Shown one piece after another: positions 36,897 through 48,610 of a stretch of 64,000 bases of DNA (the stretch's first letter is position 1; each line of letters starts with the position of its first letter). The notes beneath the pieces were generated by a model. That model ran no database searches. It saw only the letters and a list, made by a program, of their open reading frames with translations, and was not told where the DNA came from. The translations under genes and the position numbers were made by a program. Source of the DNA: Tubulanus polymorphus (lineage: Eukaryota; Animalia; Nemertea); contig NC_134034.1 of the NCBI RefSeq assembly GCF_964204645.1, positions 7,352,914 through 7,416,913 on the forward strand. The letters are read 5' to 3'.

Positions 36897-37118
36897 TTAT
36901 ATGGGAGGAATATATTTTTGTTTTTCCAAATAATCAATAGTTAAATTAGATAAAGTAACTGCTAATGTTAATTTTAAGATATCATTTATATCAAATCTAT
37001 CAACATTAACACTTCCCATTTTGAATACTTTTTTTAATACCATTGAATAACCAACAGTTCCAACTGATAGTAATGCGCCATTATATAATCCAGTTATTAT
37101 CCACTTATTATCACTCAT
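36897..37118 (-). CDS. Small hydrophobic Polinton protein, 73 aa
   Basis: Intact ORF; homolog at 10539-10759. Confidence 0.75.
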   Translation of the reverse strand: MSDNKWIITGLYNGALLSVGTVGYSMVLKKVFKMGSVNVDRFDINDILKLTLAVTLSNLTIDYLEKQKYIPPI

Positions 37119-37459
37119 CTATTGATCAAAAAAATTACTATCTTCAAAATATTTAGTTATCTTAGTGATGATTAATTCAACATTTATTTTATTACTAGTT
37201 TCATTTGTATATATTTCAATTATTATTTTTTTAATATCATCGATGATAAAATCTTCATCTAATTCATAAAATCTTAAAGATTCTCTAATTTCTAATTTCT
37301 AGTTTCTTTATCTATTGTTTTTTCATACTTAAATGTTGTTTCATTAGAAAATGCAATATTTTTGATTTGTGTAATTGCATCATTAATGTTAAATTTCATT
37401 TCTTTCTCACGTTTAAAATCAAACCCAAAACATATACTCGGTCCAACAGTTATATTCAT
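37119..37459 (-). pseudogene. Homolog of the 113-aa protein, frameshifted
   Basis: Identical N-terminus MNITVGPSICFGFDFK. Confidence 0.7.
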
Positions 37460-37475
37460 TTATATAGTGAAAAAA

Positions 37476-38264
37476 TTACTCTTTACATCTTATAACTAAT
37501 TCATAAATTACAGGAAAGTTATTTAAATCAATTAAATAACCATTATGATTTCTTATTTCTAATTTAAAATTATTGAAATGTGGAATACAAGGTTTGAAAT
37601 CACATTCAGTTAAATTATAATTTATTTGAGTTCCAAATTGTTTGACATTTTTTAATGGTAAAATATTTAATATACTAGAATTACAAATTGTATCTTTAGT
37701 TGCTTCAAATGTTTTTGTTGGGTTAATTAAATTGCAATAAATATAAAAATGTGTAAAAGGTATTGAGTTTGATATACCGTATATGTTTCCAATAATAAGT
37801 TTATTTGGAGGAATTCCTAACAGTTTAGCAAAAGGTTTTTTTACTGCGTAAGCATGTCTTCTTAACATAAATGAATCAGGACTAATATTTTCATCATCAA
37901 ACTTTACTTTAATTTTATTAGAGCTCTCACTTTTTATGAATTTAATATTAAATTTAGAATCACTACCTAACATAATCCGAGCTTTTCTATTAATTTCTTG
38001 CGCTAATGTTTCTAAATTATATAATCCTGGTGTAATCATAAGTTGAAAATTATTATTACTACGTTTATCAAGAATAAAAAAGCTTCTATGTTCATAAGTT
38101 TTATCTTATATATTGTAAAATGAGTTACATAAACTTATATTTACTAATTTTAAATCAACACAATTCTTAAATTCTCTATCTAATTGAACTAGTAAATTAT
38201 GTGATTTATAATTTGTAAGTTTTCTAGAATCAACATATATTCTGTATTCTTTTAATTCTACCAT
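37476..38264 (-). pseudogene. Minor capsid (penton-like) protein, about 262 aa, one in-frame stop at 38106-38108
   Basis: N-terminus MVELKEYRIYVDSR..LLVQLDREF, PGLY motif and C-terminal FYIYCNLI..ILP pattern typical of Polinton minor capsids. Confidence 0.65.
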
Positions 38265-38331
38265 TATTTATCACATAAAAAAATTACCGCTCATCACTAA
38301 AATTAATTTTAACAAAATTTTTCCTTAATAA

Positions 38332-39647
38332 ATGGATGAGAAGATAGCATGCGAAATTTGTGGTGAACTTCTAAGAAAAAGTAATATGGCTCGACATATG
38401 AAAAAACATGATGAAAATTATAAACCCCCTAAAATAAACTGCCCAAAATGTAATAAATTATTCTCAAGAAATTATGTTAAAAAACATTCAGAGAAGTGTA
38501 GAATTAATGGCGCAACGGCTAATGTTGATAGTAATGAAAGTAATAGTAATTCTGCCGAAGTTGAACCTGAAGTTATTTGGAAAAGACCTTTCTTATTCTA
38601 TGATACGGATAATATAAAAGATCATTTCTGCGAGCCTTGTCGAATAAAATATAACCCTGAAAATATAGAAGATTGGGAGAATCATCAATTTCGTAAAGTA
38701 CATATAGATAAAATTTCTAATAAATTTGAAACTGAATTTAATGAAAGAAAAAATAATTTATTAGAAAAAATAAAATATGAGAAAACGTTACCAGATAATA
38801 GAGAAACAGTTGAAAAGTTAGAAAAACAATATAATGAATTAACAAGAAAAACATATTATTGTAAATATTGTAAATTGATTATTACAACAAGTAATTCAAA
38901 TCTACATAATAGAACATTAAAACATAAAGAAAACGTAAGAAAATACCAAGAGCTTAATGAAGATCTATTACCAATAAATTATAAACGAAAATGTCCACAA
39001 TGTAGTTATGCGACCTTAAGACAAGAAGGTACTGTGTTATTTTGTGTTGATTGTGGGTGGCAAAAGAATTTATGGGGTGAAGAAAAAACTAGAAATTTTC
39101 TCATAGATCCAAAATTAAATTATCTAGATGAAATTTTTAAAATATTTTCTATAGAAGATCATACACCAGAATATATGCAATGGCTTGAAAAAATGAAAAT
39201 AATAGAAAATAAAAATGGCGAAATAACTAAAAAAGATATTATAAATACAATTATTCCGTCAACATTTAACACAAAACAAAAGAAAATGTATTTATATTTA
39301 TTATTTTTAACGATTATTATGAAAAACCTAAATTAACAGTAGAAGATATGGAAAATATAAAAAAAAATATTCAAACAAATATTAATGTATCATTTGGAAA
39401 ATAGAATAACAGATTCAATAAATTATGAATTCTTTTTAAATAAGATTGTAAATTATTTAAACCTAGATATTATAATTCCATTTGACGAATTAACAAACAA
39501 AAAGAAACAAAGAGAGCGAGATGAAATGTGGAACAAGATGGAACTTTATTTAAATGAAAAAATGGAATGGAAGAAGAACCTAAACAATTAAATGAAAATG
39601 AAGAAGCCAATAGTGATTTCGAGTTTGATGATATAGATCCATTTTAA
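38332..39647 (+). CDS. Multi-zinc-finger protein fused to a poxvirus A2/VLTF-3-like late transcription factor domain (homopolymer frameshifts near 39306, 39363 and 39560)
   Basis: Four C2H2/C2HC fingers, then CPQC-x13-CVDC, RNFLIDPKLNYL, KPKLTVEDMENIKKIF, SINYEFFLNKI and DEMW. These match my recollection of vaccinia A2 (CSGC-x13-CIFC, SNFHVSNKLIHL, TINYSFFLDKI). Confidence 0.75.
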
Positions 39648-42600
39648 TAACCATAAGGTAATGTTTTTATACCATCATCTAAAATATGCCTTTTATCATC
39701 AAATGGATTTAAACTAGTTTTTTCAACTTCATTAATGTACATTTCATGATCTTCTGATCTTAAACAATTCATTTTGTGTTTCATTACAATTGATTTATAT
39801 AAACACTTTATATAATCTTGAAATTCTATATGTTTATCAACCACATGTTTTGTTATTCCTTTTAACTTTTTAGCTTCATGATCTTTTGTTCTGTAACTAT
39901 ACATTTTACTTCTTATCCCAACAAATTCAATCATTTCATCACCCCCTAATTCATCTTTAAATTTACCAGGAATCTTTTTATTATCATTGCTAAATAGTTC
40001 ATGATCTTTGGGATAATTGCTAAAATCAAAATAATGTTTTAATGTTTTTAAGTCTTTTGTTATATCATTTGTCTTGATTTTTAGTATGTAACTGTCGGTA
40101 TTTTTTTGGATTAATGGGAACCCAGAATTGAATGTTCCATCATCTGTTGATAAATCATAAACATAGTCAGTTGGGTTATATATTTCAAATAAATCTTTAA
40201 CTTCTTCTGTTAATTCTTTTTCTACATGCCTTAAATTAAAACAATTTGGTTTAGATTTGATTAATTCTATATTCATATTAAATCCTAATGAACTGCATAA
40301 TATATTCAATCCTGATATAGCAACTTTTCCTTTTTGAGCAAAGGATATTGTTTTGCGGTTTTGGAAACTTTTTGAACCATCTGCGGCATAGAATCCAATG
40401 AAGAACCACTTTCTTAAATTATTTTTTGCATTCAATACATAATCTGGAACTATCTTTTCTTTTGTTGAAGTATTACTTTTCACTATTGCATGAATATAGA
40501 ATTCATCATTATATTTTGTAGCAAAATCTTTAGGATTATTTACAAATATTCTATAAACCGCGGATGATTTCATATGATCCATGATTCTAAATGTTTTATA
40601 TGAATAAACTTCTTCGCAGAATTTCTTTATTCTTTCTAATAATTTCAAATCTTGATTGCATAAATACCAACGATATTGAGTGCGATTAACATAATTATAC
40701 ACACCTGCTGAACCATCACCCATGAAAAATCCTTTGATAAAATATTCTTTTTCTTCTAATGTTTCAGGTTCTATATTATAAATATTATCAATAATTTCAT
40801 CAAATGACATATGATTCATTCTTTGGAAAAATCTTTTATGTAATAATTCATCTCCAATTTTTATATCAGTTGGTTTTATTTCATCACCATTTCGTTTAAT
40901 TAAACTATGATCTTCTGTAACATCTACAAATCCTAATTTAGTTCTAACTCTATAGATTTTCTTATTTGTTTTATGCCTAATAATATTCTTTAATTTTTTC
41001 CATCCATTTCTTGTCCAAACATCCATTAAACCATTTATTTGTATTAATTCTTTTTCTCCATATGAAATATAACATTCATTTTGTTTTGGAATTATTTCTG
41101 AAATTCTTCTTATCAATATTTTATTATTACATTTTAATAATATTGGGGTGTCAGCTGTTACAGGATCGAAATATAATATTTCAATATGCTTTTCCCCAAA
41201 AAGTGGTTGTAAAACAATATAATAAAAATCATACATTAATAATTTTGATACTTCTAAAACAGTCGAACCAATAAATATAGGTTTATTAAATTTCATTGAT
41301 GTTCTTTTTAATTTAACTGCTGTTAAATAATCTTCAAATCTTTTATTTCCTAAATGTCTATGACTTGATTGTAGGTGTCTTAATCTTTCAGAATTATTTA
41401 CTAATTCAATATCATTTCTATTTCTAATATTTTCGCATGTTTTACCATAAAAACTATTATTCATTAATTTGAAGAAATCTTTTTCAAAATCTGTTTTTGA
41501 TATGGTTCTCTATTGAGTATTGAAATCTATATATTTTTCTAACCACTTCGATTGATTAAATTCAATATATTTATGTACTTTCTTTAATTTCATTCCTTGT
41601 TTTAGATAAAATTTTAACATTCTATAATGAACAATATAATTGTATTTACTATTTTGAGTAAGTATTAATTTTTCTGTAAAAACATGATCTTTCGGTTTTA
41701 TTTTCTTCTGGTATTCACTTAAATAACTATCATCTACAGTTAAATGTTCTGGGCAATAAGGTAAGTTTCTTGTTTTAAACTTTATATTTTCAGGATATTC
41801 TAAATCAACTACAAAGAAATAACCAATTGGTGCTTCATCTTTTAAACTCGCAATTGCGCTTTCCCAATCAGTTTTATCACCATTTTCAACTTCTGTTAAT
41901 ATAAAACTTTTATATGGTTGAGGTTTCATCATTGCCCAACCATATAAATTATTGGCGTCAATATATAATAATTTATATTCATCATTTGCTTTAAAATATC
42001 TATCTCCCATAACACCACTAATTCCACCTCTAATTGATTTTTCAAATAATAAAACCATATCTGGTTCTTTTAATAAATCTAATTCTACATTTGTATATTT
42101 TAAACCACATTGCCAGGTTAAACCAGGACTAGAGTAGCAATAACAAGGATCAACATTAAAATGATTCAAATTAACTTCTCTAAATTTTTCAAATATGTCA
42201 GCCAATATCATAACGTCTGATTTTAAATATAAATCAACTAATTCACCATGATTTTTCATCTTAAAATGGTTCCAAATATTTAATGTTCTATTAAACACTT
42301 CGTCTTTCACATACTCCTCTTTTAATTGATCATAGAATTGATCTTTTAATAATTCTGTTACATTAAAATCATTGTGTGTTTTATAAAATGAATAAGGAAT
42401 TGCGCCTTTATATCTCAATAATTTAAAATCTTGTTCATTTGGATAATAATATCGAGTTATAACAAAATCATTATCAACTAAACTTTTTGATAAATTATCT
42501 AATGAACTTGCTAGAAATCTATAAGAATCTAAAAATCTAATGCAACCAAATTGAAATGAAATATAATTTTCAGATGTTTTAGCTAATAGTTTAAAATCAT

Positions 42601-44717
42601 ATTTTCTTACATTTGCTTCATTCATAGCATTCATTATATTCTTCTATTTCTTGATTAATTGCGCCAAATTTTCCCGATAATTTTTTTATAAATAGATGGG
42701 TATCATATCCTGATAAATTATGAAATAATATTGGTACGAAATTTACTTTTTTAGCTGGTAAATTGCAATCTTCATGAGCAGCTCCACGATATTTTGAATT
42801 CAAATGATCATGATCTCTAACTCTTTTATCAAATGAATAAAAACGTTTTTCACAATAACAACAATGAGTTGCATAATTAAAATCAATTTCATCTTCTTTT
42901 GTCATAACTATTCTTTTATTTTTGTTTAATAATTTTGCAAAATCACTTTCTAATTCAATCATTTTATCACAAAAATCATTAACTACATTTTCACCTCTAA
43001 AAGAAATATATTGACTTTCATATAATTCAGGATAATTTGATTTTATATAAATTCCATAAGCAGCAGCTCTTTGATGAACTTTTTTAATTGTATTTATAAT
43101 TGGTGGGTCTTGTATTGTGTCTTCATTTAATTCATTTCCTTTATCCATTGATTTTAATAATTGCTTTTTGTTATATATTTCTTTTCTATCTTGATTAGTT
43201 AATTCTTTATTCAATGATTCAAAATCCCCATAAATTACAAATGGAACAATATTCTTAAATTTATGATTAGTAAATTTCAATTTATAATCTTTTTCTGTTG
43301 GCATTATTAATTTACAAAAATCTTTATTATCACATAATTCTTTATGTTTTAGTAACGCATTCTCAGTCATAAATTTAGATAAACATTTTCTACATAGATA
43401 AATTTTATTATGATGATCACTTTCTGTTCTAAAGAATAAATCAATTTGTTTTAACCACATATAATGTTCATTTTCATCTTTTTTGTAATATAACAAATCT
43501 ATAGCATTTTCATCATCATAATATTCTGTTAAATATAAAGCTTCCAATGTATAATCTTTAATATTTTCACCTTTTGTCTTTGGTAATTGCATTAATTCGA
43601 ATACATTTTTTTTTAAATTATTAACTTTTTCTATTTTAGGAATCATTTTCATAGTTACTGGATATTGATCAATTTTATATAATGTTTCATATTTCCGGTA
43701 ATTTGTTATTCTAAAACTATGCGTCATATCTTCTGTTGGGTGTAAACAACTAATAATTGACCATAGAAAACATTTATTATCTTCATTTTGAATATTTATT
43801 ACTGCTTTTGTTGTAAATGGTAATTTAATATAAGATGATGCTTTAATATCCTTTTCTGTTGTAAAGTTTGAATCATTTTTAAACATTTTATTACTTTTTG
43901 ATGTTTTATTCCTTTTTGTATTATAAACATTTAAATCTAAATATATAATTTCATTCAATGTTGAGCCAGAACCCTCAAAATATCTTTCTTCAATATGACG
44001 TTTAAATTCATTAAATATTTTTTCTAACTTCTCTTTTATTTGTGTTTTTGAAATTATTTCTTCAGAGAGTGTTTGAATATTATAATCCATTTTATCTTCT
44101 GACTTTAAAAAACTTACTTTCCCAGAGATACTAATTTTTGGATATTCAACATCTGTTATCAAATCTAGTATTTTTTCTATTATTTCACTAAATTTGCTAT
44201 AATCTTCTATTGTTGTTCCTTTAAAAAATCTAAATATAATAGCTGCAGGACCAATTTTACTACGTAATGTTTCTAAAATTTCAATTGTATCTTTTATTTC
44301 TAGTGAATCAATATAATTTCTAACATTTTCCATGTAAGGTTTATTTGAAATGGATTTAGTTTTTGAAGTTGATTTTTTTACTTGTTGAGGTTTATTATCA
44401 AAATATTCTGGTCCTAAAACATTTTTATTTAAATTTTTATAATGTTTTTGTGATTCGAGATGTCTATTATAATTCCTTTTTATTATAAATTCATTACAAA
44501 CTTCACATTTTATTTCATCCACATTCATATTTTCTAATCGTTCTTTTCTTTCATTGGAATTTTTTGGAGTTTCAAAATCTATTACATTTTTTATATGATT
44601 TGCAGATTTTTCATGTCGTGATTTTTGGGATTTATCGATGTATTTTTTACGATATGTGCAATAATATTGATTTTTATTAACATTATTATTTTCTGGTTGG
44701 TGTTCATTCTCCCCCAT
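39644..44717 (-). CDS. Protein-primed DNA polymerase B with intein (one frameshift near 42625, one stop at 41510)
   Basis: Zn fingers, OTU-like NEDNKCFLW..HYMWL, ExoI-III, RDHDH..RGAAH..CN insert, motif A YIDANNLYG, motif B KLMNNSFYGK, motif C YFD/TDS split by the intein, then RSKMY and KLKGI. Confidence 0.95.
40100..41164 (-). mobile_element. Intein with LAGLIDADG homing endonuclease in pPolB motif C (355 aa, in frame; residue 1 is Pro in this copy)
   Basis: Block A (S/P)VTADTPILL, block B VDVTEDHSL, endonuclease motifs IKGFFMGDG and FIGFYAADG, block F YVYDLST, block G LIQKN followed by +1 Thr (TDS). Confidence 0.95.
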
Positions 44718-44797
44718 TTATAAGGAAAAAAAATTACTTGTGGTGATGAGTGGTCGACCTTCGACCTCTGGTATGAAAGCCTACTTTCCCAATTACT
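44629..44797 (-). repeat. Right terminal inverted repeat of element B; contains the pPolB promoter motif and start codon
   Basis: Reverse complement of 20294-20462. Confidence 0.95.
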
Positions 44798-45768
44798 TAA
44801 ATGCTGTCACTAAAACCGATTCATTTCCAATGCCACGGATCGATGATTTAATTGATAGAATTGGCAACGCAAAATTTGTGTCAACATTTGATTTGACAAA
44901 AGGTTACTGGCAGGTTCCGCTCACTGATCGTGCAAAAATGATTTCGGCCTTTGTTACTCCAAATGAGTTGTTGCAGTATAAAGTTATGCCCTTTGGCATG
45001 AAGAACTCCGCTGCTACGTTTCAGAGGCTAATGAATAGGGTCACTGAAGATTTAGAGTCTACGTATGTGTATTTAGACGATATCGTTTTGGAGGCGGATG
45101 CCTGGGATGATCATCTGACCCAAATTCGTGCTTTCGTCAAATCAACGGCTTTCGTCAAGCCTATACTTGATTTTCCTCAGCCACCTGATAAACGATCATT
45201 AATGCATTTCTTGGGTATGGCTTGTTTTTATCGGAAATTCTGTAGAAATCTAGCTCAAATTACTGCTGTTTTAACTGATTTGTTTAAAAAAGAGGTGAAA
45301 TTTGAATGGACACAGCAGTGTAGTAACGCGTTCGAATCTGTGAAGTCCATGTTGGCAGCTAGTCCTGTATTGCGAGCACCTGATTTTAATAGTCAATTTC
45401 GGCTAAGTATTGATGCTAGCGACAACGGGGCTGGTGCTGTTCTTACTCAGAGTGATAAGGATGGGGTTGAACATCCCGTCTGTTTCTTTTCAAAGAAGTT
45501 CAACTCTGCACAAAAGATTTATTCTACTATTGAAAAGGAGTGTCTCGCGCTGGTACTGGCTGTTGACCATTTCGAGATTTATGTGAGTACCGGGAGATTT
45601 CCTGTAGTCGTATTTACTGATCAGGATCCTTTAGTGTTTTTAAGCAGGATGAAAAATAAAAACAGGAGATTGATGTGTTGGAGTCTGTACCTACAGGAAT
45701 ATAACTTGGATATCCATCACATTCGCGGATCTAAGAATGTGATAGCTGATACATTGTCGCGGGTGTAA
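44798..45768 (+). mobile_element. Gmr1-like Gypsy pol, remainder of RT plus RNase H
   Basis: NAVTKTDSFPMPRIDD, FDLTKGYWQ, MPFGMKNS, YLDD, DAS, YSTIEKE, and NVIADTLSRV followed by a stop with no downstream integrase; short internal deletion near 45140. Confidence 0.92.
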
Positions 45769-45921
45769 CTAGTTAACTCGATGTATAGTCTCTAGAAGTG
45801 TTGAAGTTATTTTTGTAATAGACCGTTAATATTGGGAAAAGCTGTATGAATTTACAATTTGATAATTCTGTTAAAACTTTGATTATTTGAGTTCCCCACA
45901 ACTCAACTTTTGTAAGGGGCT

Positions 45922-46200
45922 TGTTACCTGGTATTATATTGTAAGAGTTGTATTGTACTGCCTGGCTGACTTGCATTTCCAGCAGTGGTTCACTGGTTTA
46001 ATCCAGCTGTCACAGTTTGTGCCTCCTTAATGCCTGCTTATATATATATACCACTGCTGGGCTTGTATTAGTCAGTCAGACCTAGGCCGTTCCTGGAACT
46101 ATTAAAGTGTCGCGCTGTTTTATAGCCGTTGTTGGCAGTTTCTTGTTAGCTTGGACGTTTACTCCACATCTGAGGATTTGTCTTTGACCCGCGTGTAACA
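45922..46200 (+). repeat. Probable 3' LTR of the Gmr1-like element
   Basis: TGTTAC...GTAACA ends, preceded by purine tract AAGGGG; internal TATA run and ATTAAA. Confidence 0.65.
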
Positions 46201-47565
46201 ACGGGATAAAGCAAAACAACAATATCTCCCCATACTTCCGTTTTTCTTTATATAGAAAGTAGTCGGGAGTATCATGAAGTAACAGCGTGATTCTTTCACC
46301 AGCCGCATAATTAATGCAACCCATCGTTCCGACCAAATACGGTTCCGTCTATTCTTAAGTTTATAAAAAGACTTCTGAATGTTTGCCAGATATCGCAGCA
46401 GAAGAACCGAGAAAGAATTATTTTTAAACCAGGCTGATTTATGGTCAGCGCTGATAGATCAAAGCATCAAACAACAACCTGCTTACTACATCTTACTACG
46501 TTTGTTGTCTGAAACCATTAATAACCACCAACCCATTCAGGAAATCAACATTACAAACATTTTATAGCTTCTACGAAATCTTGCTGCGGATCATCACTCC
46601 CCATCCAGCTTAAATTTCGTCCCGAAATTTTGGATTTAGACCAACTCATGTAAATCACGCCGAAACCTCCCTAGACAGATCCTGAAAAAGAACATCAATA
46701 AAAAACACAATTCATGCTATACGAGTAAATGTTTAAAGTTCAATCACAACAACGCGTATTAAAGTTCAGGATACCCAATCGGAAAAAGTACATTGAGACC
46801 GCTGTCTCCGCACACTAAACAATGAAAAAGTCAAGCACAAAACACAGTTCACAGTTTGAGTTTGAAATTCACCGCGAAGTGACGCAATAGCTACCAGCCG
46901 CAACAAGGTACGTCATGGACGGACGAATGACGTCATCCACCGCAGTTCCTCGCAGTGCGTGATAGTGCGGCAAAACGCATTCATGTTCAGCTGATACTTG
47001 CTCGCTATTCATAGACGCTATAGTACTACGGTTACTCTATCGGAGTCTTTTCTCCACAGTTAATATAGAAACGGAACAGTAATGTATTATCACTATCAGG
47101 GGGGTACCCGTCAACATCTATTGCGGTTGACAGAAGAAGGCATTCTTCCATCGTAGTGCTGTCATATCTCGACGGTCTCATCTTCACACATCCGATAAGG
47201 GTAACTTACAATCAAATAAAAACACAGAGATTATATAACAATTACGTAACGACAACCACTCTGACTACAGATAATAAACACTGCAAATTATTGATATTAC
47301 GGCGAAAAGCCAATACCACAACAATTAAACTATAATCACTTCTTATTCATGGTTGTCTTTATCTCTCGTTAATTAAAACTTCCATAGTACTTATTCAATA
47401 TAGTTATATTCCATTATCCTATAATAACAACTTTCCGATAACTTTGCAGGACATATGCATCCCAATCCAACTACTAATTAGATTATACTTACGTCAAATT
47501 CAATTTCAACCAGGAGTGCATCCGAGCACCCCTGTCAAAAATAGCTATTCTTGGATAGCTTCCAA

Positions 47566-48610
47566 CTATTGTTCTGAGTACAAATATGGGTACAGCCTAC
47601 TGGCATCAGCCAAAAGCGAATTCCTGGGAATCCCCAGCGAGTAGTCTGGTGGCGAGAGATCGTCACCAGGAGGAGCTGTGAGTGCCAGTACCCCGGGCCC
47701 ACGTTCAGTTCGGGCAACATCATCTATTACAACGATCTCGGGCTCCACGGACGAAACTGTCAGCTGAGTCGCTTCTCGTAACTCCGTGCTAAAAGAACGA
47801 TACACTGCGACAACCACTACCTTACTCGGAACCGATACGAGCTGTCTCATCGTGAAAAGACTAACCCGTAGGGGCACCGAGCAAGACGTCGGCAGATTGT
47901 ACATCGTTCCTTGCGAACAAGTCAGTTGCTTAGTCCGCCAGGTTAAGTTCAAGCGGGCGACTCCACAAATGACCCGTAATGCAACCTTAGTGAGAGCTGG
48001 AGGTTCAAAACGACATCTCGTTTCGCAACCGGACAATGTTAGTAGAGGCAAGTCCAATGTCTGAATTCCATTCTTAAGCCTTATGGCTAGCCTAACCGGA
48101 TATTTTCCCGGTGAACAAGGTGCAGGCAAACAGTGTCGGCACCTGTAGCACATAGCACGCAATAAAGGTCTGAGAACAGGACGAAATCGACGCGCACATT
48201 TTTAGCCATGACAACTTCCCGGATGACTATATTATTCCAGCCCCCTTGCTTTAAATCATGAATAGCGGGGTGAGCAGTCACCATGGCCTCAGCGGTCGGA
48301 AGGAGTCCTGCCCCCAGAATTGATAAGGAACCTTGAATTTAGTGTCCACCGTAGCCACTTTTGACCAGTTATTAGGCTGTAGGCGATGCGCCTCACGAAA
48401 CATTTCCAAATAGCCGGAGCAGTGAGAACGAAGTTCTGGCTGGACAAGAGAACAGCGTAGCCGCAAGCCTTTACTCAGGGGGTCATTAACAACTAGCCGC
48501 GGTATAGCGAACGTGTGAAACCAGACACCATAGTTTGGCCTCAAGACCGTCGAGGGCATCAGACAATAGGCCGACGACCATATGGCCACCAAGATTACGA
48601 CAATTTGCAT
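47566..48610 (-). pseudogene. Envelope-like ORF relic of a second Gypsy element
   Basis: Signal-peptide-like MQIVVILVAIWSSAYC followed by RPNYGVWF; Cys-rich, frameshifted; lies directly after pol. Confidence 0.5.

Larger units (their letters stand above)
20294..44797 (-). mobile_element. Complete endogenous Polinton/Maverick-type virus, element B (about 17.7 kb without the 6.75-kb nested insert)
   Basis: 5'-AG...CT-3' termini, 169-bp inverted repeat, 6-bp TSD TAAATG (20288-20293 and 44798-44803), and pPolB, integrase, ATPase, MCP and minor capsid genes. Confidence 0.96.

Noticed and set aside
44740-44797. N-terminus of the 342-aa RT ORF as a real Polinton-RT fusion
   Set aside because: Chance read-through from the TIR; the RT properly continues from 20293.
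6911-44797. Bacterial prophage or free virus contig
   Set aside because: Flanked by a TSD within a Gypsy element and surrounded by spliced genes and animal-type repeats; no Shine-Dalgarno pattern.
46201-47560. LTR of the second Gypsy element
   Set aside because: Promoter-like motifs (TGACGTCA) are present, but I could not define TG..CA ends, a polypurine tract or a second copy.
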